Assembly: GCA_963701075.1 (NCBI GenBank)
Contig: OY969559.1
Location: 1,248,001-1,312,000, forward strand
Reading direction: 5' to 3'
Source: an uncultured Nitrososphaerota archaeon
Lineage (GTDB): Archaea > Thermoproteota > Nitrososphaeria > Nitrososphaerales > Nitrosopumilaceae
DNA length: 64,000 nt
Numbering within the stretch: the first letter of the stretch is position 1; each line of letters begins with the position of its first letter. The position numbers and the translations under genes are program-made. This document shows, piece after piece, positions 1 to 9,343 of this stretch. The notes beneath the pieces are model-generated. The model was not told where the DNA came from. It saw only the letters and a program-made list of their open reading frames with translations, and did no database searches.

Positions 1-41
1 GAAATATTGATAAATTCTCTAAAAAGCAGACCGCCAGACAA

Positions 42-404
42 TCAGTGGCGCAACAGATCTAGTACCTTAAACGGGGTTGCAGATAAATCAATTTCTTTTT
101 CTGCAGACAAGAGAAGCAGATTATCCCTTACAGGAAAACTCATGATTACAACTTTTTCCCTGTACGACATGGCAAAAGAAACTCGTCCTAGCACACTGTC
201 AAACCCCTGACGCATCTTGGCTCTTGTAACGATGCCACAGTAGAGTGACTCGTCATCCTTTTTATCTCCTATGGGTTTGATGCCGCTCTTCATTCCGCCG
301 CCTATTAATTTACCATCTTGGTTAATCATGCCGACAAATCTTATCTTGGCATCAATTTCCATTATTTTCTCACAAAGTTTGTTAAAATCACTGCGCGCTA
401 TCAT
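42..404 (-). CDS. Thaumarchaeal roadblock/profilin-like small protein (DUF6659-like)
   Basis: LCEKI..IDAKIRFVGMINxxGKLIxGG..GIKP pattern typical of an expanded thaumarchaeal family. Confidence 0.6.
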   Translation of the reverse strand: MIARSDFNKLCEKIMEIDAKIRFVGMINQDGKLIGGGMKSGIKPIGDKKDDESLYCGIVTRAKMRQGFDSVLGRVSFAMSYREKVVIMSFPVRDNLLLLSAEKEIDLSATPFKVLDLLRH

Positions 405-522
405 TTTGACAGTATTTTACACGGGATTGCTATTAACCTAGTCGATTTTTCAGGTGTTGATGCCTAATGCATTCTCTCTGTCTGGGTATAACACAGTAAA
501 AACTCGAGATAAAATATTAAAG

Positions 523-540
523 AAGCCAATGAGGAGATTT
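523..540 (-). repeat. att-like direct repeat of the tRNA-Thr 3' end
   Basis: AAGCCAATGAGGAGATTT (523-540) vs AAGCCAATGAGGGGATTT (3178-3195), 17/18 identical. Confidence 0.7.
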
Positions 541-716
541 TGTCAAAAGATCTAAAAAGCCCACCTTTCAAGCGTAATCAGCGATTTCTTTCATGACCTT
601 TTTGATTGTCACAAGTCATAATCGCAACTCTTCAATTAATCATTTTGGTTATTTCATACTAATCTAAAGATTATGGCAGATTCGAATCCAGTATGACAAG
701 GGATTGTATTCTCATT

Positions 717-1118
717 TTACTTCATTATGCAGACCATCTTGTTAATTGTGCTGACCACGTCATTAATCTCGATTGGTTTCTTAAGAATGGCGTTAACCAA
801 ATTATCTAATCCTTCTTTCTCAATATATGACCCAGACGCCAAGACTATTTTTGCATGAGGATCAAACTCTTTAATCTTCTCTGCACCATAGAGCCCATCG
901 TATTGAGGCATGATATAATCAATAAACACAATGTCTGGATTATGAAGTTTATACAATTCCAGCGCATCTTTGCCGTTGGAACCAATTCCTAAAATATTAA
1001 TTTCATTCATTTTGAGCAATTCTACAAAGAGGTCTCGTACATCTACATCATCATCTATTACAATGGCATTCGCGCTTGAGTCAGCCCTGTTTGTTTGTAA
1101 TTGACCATCTATTTTCAT
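717..1118 (-). CDS. Single-domain response regulator (receiver)
   Basis: VIDDD, FIDYIMP (phospho-Asp), LASG, KKP motifs. Confidence 0.9.
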   Translation of the reverse strand: MKIDGQLQTNRADSSANAIVIDDDVDVRDLFVELLKMNEINILGIGSNGKDALELYKLHNPDIVFIDYIMPQYDGLYGAEKIKEFDPHAKIVLASGSYIEKEGLDNLVNAILKKPIEINDVVSTINKMVCIMK

Positions 1119-1207
1119 GATAATGTGCAGTAATGATTTATAAAATATAGTAGCTTGTACGGGACTGACAAGCTACCTAAAGCCACGCATTAACAAACCT
1201 GTTTATT

Positions 1208-2263
1208 CTATGCCATATTTTTTGGAAGATTTATTGTGAAAACGGTAGGTGGCGATTTTACTGTGATTGTGCCACCATGCTGTTCTATGACATTTTTACA
1301 TATTGAAAGTCCTAGTCCTGTTCCCGTAAGTTTTGTTGTAAATAACGGTTCAAACAGTTTGGAAATAATATTGGATGGGATTCCAGGGCCGGTATCTTCA
1401 AATTCGATTTTCATACTGGAACCAATGTCATTTACCCGTATCTTTATCTCGCCTTTCTCATCCATAGCTTGTATTGAATTCATTATCAGATTGGAAAACA
1501 CTGCTTCCATTTTTCTTGACTCGCAATTGATTGGTATGTCTTTTGGCGGTTTACTTATTATCACATTTGACGGAATAATTAGTCCGTTAACCGCACCTTC
1601 CATAACTGAAAATAGCGTCGTTGGCTGTAATACCAAGTCAGTTTTTTTCACAAATTCTAAAACGTCATCAATCTGGTGTGACATACGTTGAACCGCTCTC
1701 TGAAACCGTGCAGTGTACTGTAGCCGTTCCTCAATTCTCAGATTAGGTTTGGCAGACATTATATCCATGGTATTTTTGATAACCGAGAGCGGATTTCTCA
1801 AGTCATGAGCCAATCTTGCCGCAAGTTCTCCCACTACGGCAAACTTTTCTGCTTTGACTAGATCCTTTGTTGTCGCATCTAACTGTCTTGCCAGTAAATC
1901 ACGCTGCAATGATAATTCTTTTTCTTTTTCGAGAACTTTTTTTAATTTATCTTGTAGTTCTAAACTTATTTGATGGTTGTAATTCTTCTGCCTCTCAAGT
2001 TCTTGGTTGGCTCTTTTTAGCTCATCATTTTTAACATTTACTGACATACTAAGATCCTGTAACGATTTAACCCTATTTTGCAGGTCTTGATTAATCTTGG
2101 ATACCTCTCTTAATTTTACTATAGACTCGGAGGTAAGATGATTGAGGTGTTTCTCTTTCTCTTGAAGTTCACGCTCAGCTATGCCTAGTTCATCAAGTTC
2201 CTTTTCTACCAGATTCCCTCCTGTTATCATTTTTTGTGGGCTTTCCTTTGTCTGTGAACTCAT
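1208..2263 (-). CDS. Cytoplasmic histidine kinase (coiled coil + HisKA + HATPase_c)
   Basis: H-box AHDLRNPL, N-box NLIMNSIQA, G1 DTGPGI, F-box LFEPLFTTK, G2 GTGLGL; no TM segment. Confidence 0.92.
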   Translation of the reverse strand: MSSQTKESPQKMITGGNLVEKELDELGIAERELQEKEKHLNHLTSESIVKLREVSKINQDLQNRVKSLQDLSMSVNVKNDELKRANQELERQKNYNHQISLELQDKLKKVLEKEKELSLQRDLLARQLDATTKDLVKAEKFAVVGELAARLAHDLRNPLSVIKNTMDIMSAKPNLRIEERLQYTARFQRAVQRMSHQIDDVLEFVKKTDLVLQPTTLFSVMEGAVNGLIIPSNVIISKPPKDIPINCESRKMEAVFSNLIMNSIQAMDEKGEIKIRVNDIGSSMKIEFEDTGPGIPSNIISKLFEPLFTTKLTGTGLGLSICKNVIEQHGGTITVKSPPTVFTINLPKNMA

Positions 2264-2393
2264 TGCTTTTTCTTTATGGATAACAATTTAACATCTAGTT
2301 GTGTGATTAAAACAGACAAACTTGCTTTGAAAGTAGGTTGAAGAACTTCTATTGTCCAAAATGTCTTTTTATTCAACAATGTCCATTCTTGTA

Positions 2394-2522
2394 ATGTTGA
2401 AATTTAAGAAATGTCCTTGCAAATGCGGGTGCTCAAGGCAAATTACTAATCCATATTATGAAATGTGTATCTTCTGTATGTTTGGCACTCATTTAAGAGA
2501 GCCTAATGATTCATCACGATGA
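2394..2522 (+). CDS. Putative Cys-rich microprotein (42 aa)
   Basis: Manual translation MLKFKKCPCKCGCSRQITNPYYEMCIFCMFGTHLREPNDSSR*; T-rich TATA-like box about 25 nt upstream. Confidence 0.5.
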   Translation: MLKFKKCPCKCGCSRQITNPYYEMCIFCMFGTHLREPNDSSR

Positions 2523-2664
2523 AACTAAATCTCTTAACTAGTGATCCTTTTGTGCCTGAAAAATTTGTCACAACTAGAGTAAAGAAGAGATTGTCTCATA
2601 TTTTGTGCATTATGAACAAGCAATAGTTAATCGCTGATAATTTTTCTATATTTACAGGTAAAAA

Positions 2665-3108
2665 ATGTCTCTTAAGATACTGATTGCAGAAGATTACAAA
2701 GATCTTGCAGATTCGTATCGCATGATATTTGAGGCAAGAGGTCATGAAGTGATGATAACAAACAATGGCTTGGAGTGTCAGAGCATATACAAACAATACA
2801 CAAAGCAATCTGATGGAAAAATTAAACCGTATTTTGATGTAGTCATACTGGACCAAAAAATGCTAGGAATGGACGGAATTGAGACTGCAAAAGCGATACA
2901 AAGAGTAATTCCTAAACAAAAAATAATCTTCGTAACAGGCTATGGTAAGGAAGTATTACAAAAACTTCCACAACTTTCTGAGAACGCATTAGTGATGAAT
3001 AAACCCTTTACAGTGCAAGCATTACTTACAGAGGTTGAAGGATTTGCAGTTACTAAATTTCGCGAAATGGTAAAAAACCGCCAGTTAACAACTAACCTTA
3101 ATTATTAA
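2665..3108 (+). CDS. Single-domain response regulator (receiver)
   Basis: LIAEDY, ILDQKM, FVTG, NKPF motifs. Confidence 0.9.
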   Translation: MSLKILIAEDYKDLADSYRMIFEARGHEVMITNNGLECQSIYKQYTKQSDGKIKPYFDVVILDQKMLGMDGIETAKAIQRVIPKQKIIFVTGYGKEVLQKLPQLSENALVMNKPFTVQALLTEVEGFAVTKFREMVKNRQLTTNLNY

Positions 3109-3178
3109 AAACTGTCCCTGTCTTTCTTGCTTCAATTAGGCGTATTACTGTCTGTTGGGATTTAGGTATTATTAGTCA

Positions 3179-3253
3179 AGCCAATGAGGGGATTTGGACC
3201 CCCGACCTTCTGATTACAAGTCAGATGCTCTAGCCAGGCTGAGCTACATTGGC
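3179..3253 (-). tRNA. tRNA-Thr(UGU)
   Basis: Reverse complement folds as cloverleaf: GCCAATG/CATTGGC acceptor, GCTC/GAGC D-stem, TCTGA-CTTGTAA-TCAGA anticodon arm, GGGGG-TCCAAAT-CCCCT T-arm; no encoded CCA. Confidence 0.95.
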
Positions 3254-3454
3254 GCTAGGTAATGGCATTTGGAGGGTGGTTTAAAATGTTATTGCGCTAT
3301 GCAACGACGCTCAGTGTCCTGTTAATTTTTGGGGCTGCTAAACGCATTCATTTGTCTGAAAACCTGTCTTGTAAAAAATTATTTTATGTTGTAAAGCAAT
3401 CATGGGACCATCAAAAGGAAACGGCTAATTATAATACAATTTCAAATCAAAAAA

Positions 3455-3913
3455 ATGAAAAAAGAAAACTTCAACAAGATAAAGCCTGACAAGTCTCTTC
3501 TGGCTTCAAAAAGGAGATATTTTCTAGGAAACGTCATTTTACATGATATCTCAAAAAACATAGGTGTCACGGATCACAAAGTATACTATGCAGCCTTCAA
3601 AAACGGTGCAAGAACTAAGGTTCATTATCATGAAGGGGGACAAACACTAGTCGTAACCCAAGGTACGGGCGTTCTAGTCTTGTTCAAGGGTTCGATTCAA
3701 GGTAAAAGCGTTAGAATCAAGCAGGACGATAAACTTGTCTTGAAGACTGGTGATACAGTTTACATTCCAAAAAATACACTTCATTGGCATGGTGCAATAG
3801 CAAACAAAAGTTTTGGACATGTTGCATTTAACACATTTTCAGCCAAAAAAAAGGAAGCAAGAACCATTTGGTACGATTCTGATTTTAAGACCCATGCAAT
3901 AAAAATCTCATAG
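3455..3913 (+). CDS. Cupin domain protein
   Basis: HYHEGGQTL..GxG and GDTVYIPKNTLHWHGA cupin motifs. Confidence 0.88.
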   Translation: MKKENFNKIKPDKSLLASKRRYFLGNVILHDISKNIGVTDHKVYYAAFKNGARTKVHYHEGGQTLVVTQGTGVLVLFKGSIQGKSVRIKQDDKLVLKTGDTVYIPKNTLHWHGAIANKSFGHVAFNTFSAKKKEARTIWYDSDFKTHAIKIS

Positions 3914-3929
3914 ATGCTTTTTGACTATG

Positions 3930-4811
3930 TCATGTGTTGTAGGCAGAAGCCGTAAGTACAGTCCATGGGAAAATTATCTTTCCATCTTTTATGTAGCGTT
4001 CGGCGTTTTTCCGTGAATCATTTTTTATCTTATCTGTAATGTTGTCTCCCATGCTCTCAATTTTAGGCCTGATAGAATTTGCAGTTGAATGCATGTAATC
4101 GTGCCAGTATTCATCAAAAGTTCCTGCTTCGTAGCTAAAAACATGTCTTGTTATAGATACGTCAGAAAATCCTGTACTCTCAAGCTCTTTTTTCAAGTCA
4201 TCGCCATTGCCAAATCTGTGTACCGTTGGCGTGTCTTTTGGTCTGATGTCTGGTATGTGCCTCAGAATGGAAGACATTATGCTACTAAAATATGGAACTT
4301 CTTCTGCTAATCCATGAACTGCAAAAACAATTTTTCCGTCATGTTTTAAAATTTTTCTAACTGTTTTTAATACTCTTGCAGTGTTTGGAAAAAACATGAG
4401 TCCATACTGACATAATATTTTATCAAATGTAAAGTTAAATCCCAGATTTTCTGCATCCATTTCAAAAAAATCCACATTAGGTCCATGTATAGTCTTCTTT
4501 GCAATGGTAAGAGCTGTTCTTGACATGTCTATTCCAACCAGTAGGCCTGTCTTGCCAAGATGACGAAATACCTCAGCTGAAACAGCGCCTGTTCCACATG
4601 CAAGGTCCAATACCTTGTCTGACGAGTTTATTTCTGCCAGATTGACTACCTTTGCAGTAGACTTGAACGGGCCTTCATGTTTGTTGGCCCAGTTGTAATG
4701 GTAATCTGGAGCTACAACATTCCAGTTGGCCTTTGAATTAATCTTGTATTCTGTAGGATCAAAAAGCGGTACCATGACAGCCTTCTGGTCAAGGCTTATT
4801 TGTATTGTCAA
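3930..4811 (-). CDS. Class I SAM-dependent methyltransferase (UbiE-like)
   Basis: VLDLACGTG, GIDMS, MDAE, FDKILCQYGLMFFP; start may be ATG 4775. Confidence 0.88.
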   Translation of the reverse strand: MTIQISLDQKAVMVPLFDPTEYKINSKANWNVVAPDYHYNWANKHEGPFKSTAKVVNLAEINSSDKVLDLACGTGAVSAEVFRHLGKTGLLVGIDMSRTALTIAKKTIHGPNVDFFEMDAENLGFNFTFDKILCQYGLMFFPNTARVLKTVRKILKHDGKIVFAVHGLAEEVPYFSSIMSSILRHIPDIRPKDTPTVHRFGNGDDLKKELESTGFSDVSITRHVFSYEAGTFDEYWHDYMHSTANSIRPKIESMGDNITDKIKNDSRKNAERYIKDGKIIFPWTVLTASAYNT

Positions 4812-4881
4812 GTCAAGCGATGGGATTTGTCTCCCAATAACTTGACAGCACCTTTAAATTAATTATCTCTTGACGGATTTC

Positions 4882-5142
4882 ATGCCTACTTTTTTGGTTA
4901 ACGTGATAATCGAGAATAAACCGGAAATAGTCGACCCAGAGGGTGATACCATTCTAAATGATCTCATTTTGAAAGACAAAAAGACCTCTGTTAAGAAGAT
5001 CCGTTCTGCCAAGATGCTAAGGTTTCAGATAGAGGCAAAGAACAAAGATCTGGCCGAGAAGACTGTTATGGATTTGTGCAATGAATTTAGAATATATAAT
5101 CCTCTAGTAAGCAAAGTATCAGTTCAGACCATTAATGCCTAA
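4882..5142 (+). CDS. purS: FGAM synthase subunit PurS
   Basis: IENKPEIVDPEG...YNP PurS signatures. Confidence 0.9.
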   Translation: MPTFLVNVIIENKPEIVDPEGDTILNDLILKDKKTSVKKIRSAKMLRFQIEAKNKDLAEKTVMDLCNEFRIYNPLVSKVSVQTINA

Positions 5143-5591
5143 CTGCTTTTTACGACTTTTCTGTTCAGCGCAGTCACATCTTCCATGGCTCCATCTATGA
5201 GAAGTTTGCTGCGAAGATATTTTGCCAAGTCTGTCTCTGTTATGATGCCTACCAATTTTCCATCAGCCAAAACAAGCAGCCTTCGTATGTTCTTGTTTGT
5301 CATTTTCTGTACTGCGTCCTCAATAGGCGTCATTGGTTCCACCCATCTAAAGTTTGGAGACATTATCTCCGAGATTGGAACATCAGAACTTTTTTTGTCT
5401 GTAGTTGAAACCTTGTGAGCAAGATCTCTTTCTGTTACCAATCCTATGGGGGTTCCTTCCTTTACCACCACTAGTGAACTGATGTTTTTTTCTGCCATTA
5501 GTACTGCCACATCTTTTGCCGTCTTGTTATGTTCGATCGTAATGACATTGTTGACCATGATGTCTCGAACTAGACCCATAGCTAGTACCAA
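5139..5591 (-). CDS. CBS-pair domain protein
   Basis: VRDIM, GLVTERDL, ISEIMS, GIITETDL. Confidence 0.9.
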   Translation of the reverse strand: MVLAMGLVRDIMVNNVITIEHNKTAKDVAVLMAEKNISSLVVVKEGTPIGLVTERDLAHKVSTTDKKSSDVPISEIMSPNFRWVEPMTPIEDAVQKMTNKNIRRLLVLADGKLVGIITETDLAKYLRSKLLIDGAMEDVTALNRKVVKSS

Positions 5592-5888
5592 AGGGCATTA
5601 GAATAAAAACGATTTGTTGCAGTTTAGCTACAAAATTAATCAATTATTGCAAAAATCAAGACAAATTATATTTCACGCATAATAAAGTCTCAATTTAGTT
5701 TGCAGTTAGTTGCTTAGTATACACCCTTCTTAATTATGTGAACCGCATAGTTTCTCGCAAGAGGCTGCAAAGCTATGAATTCCTACCAAGGTCATGCTTT
5801 GCAGTTTCCTATGGTATCTTGTAGTACCACAATATCTTGGTTACACGATATGCTTTTTCTCAAAAAACAAGAGAAACAATTTTCATAA

Positions 5889-6518
5889 CTATGTGGAAAA
5901 AGCATCAGAATACCATCTTCTTCTTCTACGTTCGTGCTCTATCATGGCCTTTGTCACAAGTAATCCTGTGAGAAATCCTCCAACGTGGGCCATGAATGCT
6001 ATGGTAATTGACGCAAACGAGCCTATGAAGACGTACAAAATTTGGATGGCAAGCCAATAATATCCTCGTATATCTCCCATTGCAGCTGATATTCCTAAAA
6101 CTCCGGAGATTGCGCCTGATGCCCCAATCAAAATGCTATTGCCATTTAGTAGTATGTAGGATGCTACAACTCCATGAAGCAATGCTCCTCCAAGTCCTGC
6201 TAGTATGTAGAGTGCAATGAATCGAGGAATGCCAATTGATCTCTCGGCAGAGCCTCCCATGTATGCCAACGCAAAGAGATTGAATGCAATGTGTGCAATG
6301 TTTGCGTGAATGAACATTGACGTAAATAATCTCATGAGACTGTCAGACAACGGAGCACTGTTGTCACGGAATAATTCGTCTGGAACAAATCCATAGTGCA
6401 CGATGATCTCCTGTTGTGAATGGCTGAGCACGCCATATGCAAAGATCAAGGCATTTATGATAATTAATGCAGTAGTTACAGGAGCGGGGCGTCCTATCAT
6501 CCTTAGCATACTTGACAT
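5889..6518 (-). CDS. Rhomboid family intramembrane serine protease
   Basis: FTSMFIHANIAHIAFN, GASGA (catalytic Ser), AHVGG (catalytic His), multiple TMs. Confidence 0.92.
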   Translation of the reverse strand: MSSMLRMIGRPAPVTTALIIINALIFAYGVLSHSQQEIIVHYGFVPDELFRDNSAPLSDSLMRLFTSMFIHANIAHIAFNLFALAYMGGSAERSIGIPRFIALYILAGLGGALLHGVVASYILLNGNSILIGASGAISGVLGISAAMGDIRGYYWLAIQILYVFIGSFASITIAFMAHVGGFLTGLLVTKAMIEHERRRRRWYSDAFST

Positions 6519-6752
6519 ACATTAGCGGCATTTGTTGCATAATAAATTGGGTTCTGTTAATCTTGCGTATGATTAATTGTCATGCCATGAAATGCTCAAA
6601 TGCAATATGCTATCGCCTTGGTTTCTTTGGTATCATACTTTCCTAATTGGCTTTCTAGTAGAGAAATAGTAGATCACAGATAGGCATTACTACAATTTGA
6701 TAAACAAGACCCTAAAGCAATATTGCAGTTGAATCTTTTTTAAATAATGTAT

Positions 6753-7430
6753 CTAAGAATTCCAAGACTCGTTTAGATATCCTGGAACTAGTGAGGGAGT
6801 AAGCCTAATGGTACTGAAATACACGCTGGCTGGGAAGATCTTGTAAGTGCCATTGAACTGCATCAGTGACAAGAGAGAGTCTGACTTGCCGGATATCTGG
6901 CTGCCAAATCCCATGTTTGCAGGATTGCAGGCTTGGTTGATGGCCTTGTGAGAATCAACGATATTAATGGTGCAGGTTCCTGTATTATCATTCCAACTTG
7001 TTACATCTCCAAGATATAGTGTATAGTTGTCATAGTATAGTGGAGGGGCTGTAGCCTGTTTTCCAAGTGGAGGATTTACCGTATATTCAACATAACTAAG
7101 AGCATCACTGTACAAACTCTTTGAGGCTTGCACTTCTATCACATATTCACCTACATGTAACTTTGATGGGAGATTTATCGTAAAGCTTCCTTGCCCGTCT
7201 GTTTGCACCCCAGTTTGCTTTGATGATATTGTAACGGTTACAGTTGCATTAGTGACCGCAATACCGTTCATGTCTGTAACTGAGCCCGATATGACAGGTG
7301 CGGCTTTTATCAATGTCGGGGTTATCACAGGCTGTACGGCAAGAAACAGCGTTGGTTGCTGGTCTGAATGTGCAAATTGTGTAAAAGCCAGTATAATCAA
7401 AAATCCAAGAAGAGATGCTGCAATCTTCAT
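6753..7430 (-). CDS. Secreted protein with carboxypeptidase-regulatory-like (Ig-like) domain
   Basis: Signal peptide; ISGSVTD..G..V.NATV...TDGQGSF pattern. Confidence 0.6.
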   Translation of the reverse strand: MKIAASLLGFLIILAFTQFAHSDQQPTLFLAVQPVITPTLIKAAPVISGSVTDMNGIAVTNATVTVTISSKQTGVQTDGQGSFTINLPSKLHVGEYVIEVQASKSLYSDALSYVEYTVNPPLGKQATAPPLYYDNYTLYLGDVTSWNDNTGTCTINIVDSHKAINQACNPANMGFGSQISGKSDSLLSLMQFNGTYKIFPASVYFSTIRLTPSLVPGYLNESWNS

Positions 7431-7741
7431 TTATGAAATCTTTTACTATGTCTAGTAAAGATCCTAAATTTAATAATCCGATCTATTTGGTCTAATATTT
7501 GATCTACTGATTCTACGAACATCTCATGTGTGCACTTGAGAGACGTATTTGGCCTGCCAACTCATGAGCCAATTAGGAATATTCTAAAGGCTATGCCCTG
7601 GGGGAGAGCATACAATATCAATCAAATTATTAATTCTGAAATGATTGTTGCTGCAGTTTTTGTTTTATTGTTTTTACGATGCAACACATCCTATTGCAGT
7701 GTAACCTAATTTTTTAAATGAAATCATGACACAATTACATC

Positions 7742-7948
7742 ATGACAAAGATACACACAAGTCTTTTTGTTGGGATGCTTGTCTTACTTGCCATTGCGTC
7801 TGTAGCACCAAATGCCTTTGCAATAGCATATACCGATGCCGATAATCCTACTGGGCCGCTTCAAGGCATGGCATGGGGAGTTGGACTGGGCGTTGCTGGG
7901 TTACTGGCAGGTGTTGGGATCTTTACAACAAGAAGGCGTCACCATTAA
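7742..7948 (+). CDS. Small secreted, C-terminally anchored protein
   Basis: Signal peptide ending AFA, Gly-rich TM helix, RRRHH tail; TTTAAA about 25 nt upstream; T-tract downstream. Confidence 0.7.
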   Translation: MTKIHTSLFVGMLVLLAIASVAPNAFAIAYTDADNPTGPLQGMAWGVGLGVAGLLAGVGIFTTRRRHH

Positions 7949-8046
7949 TTTTGCCCTTTTTTGATTATAAATCACATTTCCTGGCATGTTTTATTATTGG
8001 TGATTTTGTAATGTAACCTCTGACTTGCATTGTTAAACAACTCCAC

Positions 8047-8232
8047 TCACGCTAGAATTTGACTCACTCCCATCGCACATACCGCAAGCAGCATAAACCA
8101 TGATGCCAGAGCAAAAATTGTTAGGGATGAAATGAATAGTTCTGAATCGTGCGTTACAACAGCCCCGTATGTTATAGCCAACAGTATGACAAGCGAAGAA
8201 AATGACAGGACCCAATTGTTTATTTTTTCCAT
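8047..8232 (-). CDS. Small 2-TM membrane protein
   Basis: Two hydrophobic helices in 61 aa, ATG start. Confidence 0.5.
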   Translation of the reverse strand: MEKINNWVLSFSSLVILLAITYGAVVTHDSELFISSLTIFALASWFMLLAVCAMGVSQILA

Positions 8233-8278
8233 TAGAATTTCAAATCATGTCCTTTTTGCATTGTAACTGTCACTGTAC

Positions 8279-8443
8279 TCACGATCTTTCGTAATGTGAT
8301 TTTTTATTTATTTTCAATCTAATATTTTCAATGACTGGGTCCAGCAATATTATTCCAATGACCCCACATGTAAGCACGGCTGATCCTATTCCTAAATAAA
8401 CAAAGACACTGACTACAGATTCACCCATTGCCTGACCAAACAT
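8279..8443 (-). CDS. Putative single-TM microprotein (54 aa)
   Basis: Manual translation MFGQAMGESVVSVFVYLGIGSAVLTCGVIGIILLDPVIENIRLKINKKSHYERS*. Confidence 0.45.
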   Translation of the reverse strand: MFGQAMGESVVSVFVYLGIGSAVLTCGVIGIILLDPVIENIRLKINKKSHYERS

Positions 8444-8656
8444 ATTTCTCTAAATTTAATTTCAACCCATTTTTTTTATATCTAGATTAACAATGTTAAT
8501 CATCTTATAAATATGCAATCAAGGGAATTTCAGATCTTGCAAGATATGATACAGGAACCGCGGTGTTGCCAGTAATTTGTGGTTTAACGCAAAGTTTGGG
8601 ATGATCGTATTCCAAGAGATGAGCCCGATTCGATTTAATATTGCTGGCAAGTAAGG

Positions 8657-9343
8657 GTGTTTGTGAGGGTTGCAATAATCGTTTTTCCTGGAAGTAATTG
8701 CGATCGCGACATGCATCATGTCCTAACTGATGTCTTCAAGATTGAATCCCAACTTGTGTGGCACACTGATGAGCTACCAAAGAATATAGATGCAATTGTA
8801 TTGCCAGGCGGTTTCTCTTATGGTGACAGGCTCAGAGCCGGAGTGATTGCTGCCCATAGCCCAGTTATTGCAGAAGTAAAGAAGATGGCAGAAAAAGGCA
8901 TGCCAATTTTAGGGGTTTGCAATGGATTTCAAATATTGGTAGAATGCGGCCTTTTACCTGGCGCACTTTTAAAAAACACCTCGCTTCACTACATCTGTAA
9001 ATGGACTGAGATCATTGTTAAAAATAACAAGACACCCTTTACAAATAAACTCAAACTAGGCCAAAGAATTCCAATTGCCATGGCAAATGGCGAAGGGCGC
9101 TATTATGCAGATAAAGAAACGCTTCACTTGTTGAAGAAGAATAATCAAATCGTCTTTACTTATGCAGAAGATGTCAACGGTGCTACAATGAAGATTGCAA
9201 GTATATGTAACAAAGAAGGAAATGTTGTTGGCATGATGCCTCATCCGGAAAGATCAGCCGAGCAAATTCTCAATCCAAAAGATGCAAAACCTGCATCGTT
9301 AATCTTCGAGTCATTATTGAATACTTTGGGTGTTACTGCATGA
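8657..9343 (+). CDS. purQ: FGAM synthase glutaminase subunit PurQ
   Basis: FPGSNCD, LPGGFSYGDRLRAG, GVCNGFQ, GMMPHPER. Confidence 0.97.
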   Translation: MFVRVAIIVFPGSNCDRDMHHVLTDVFKIESQLVWHTDELPKNIDAIVLPGGFSYGDRLRAGVIAAHSPVIAEVKKMAEKGMPILGVCNGFQILVECGLLPGALLKNTSLHYICKWTEIIVKNNKTPFTNKLKLGQRIPIAMANGEGRYYADKETLHLLKKNNQIVFTYAEDVNGATMKIASICNKEGNVVGMMPHPERSAEQILNPKDAKPASLIFESLLNTLGVTA

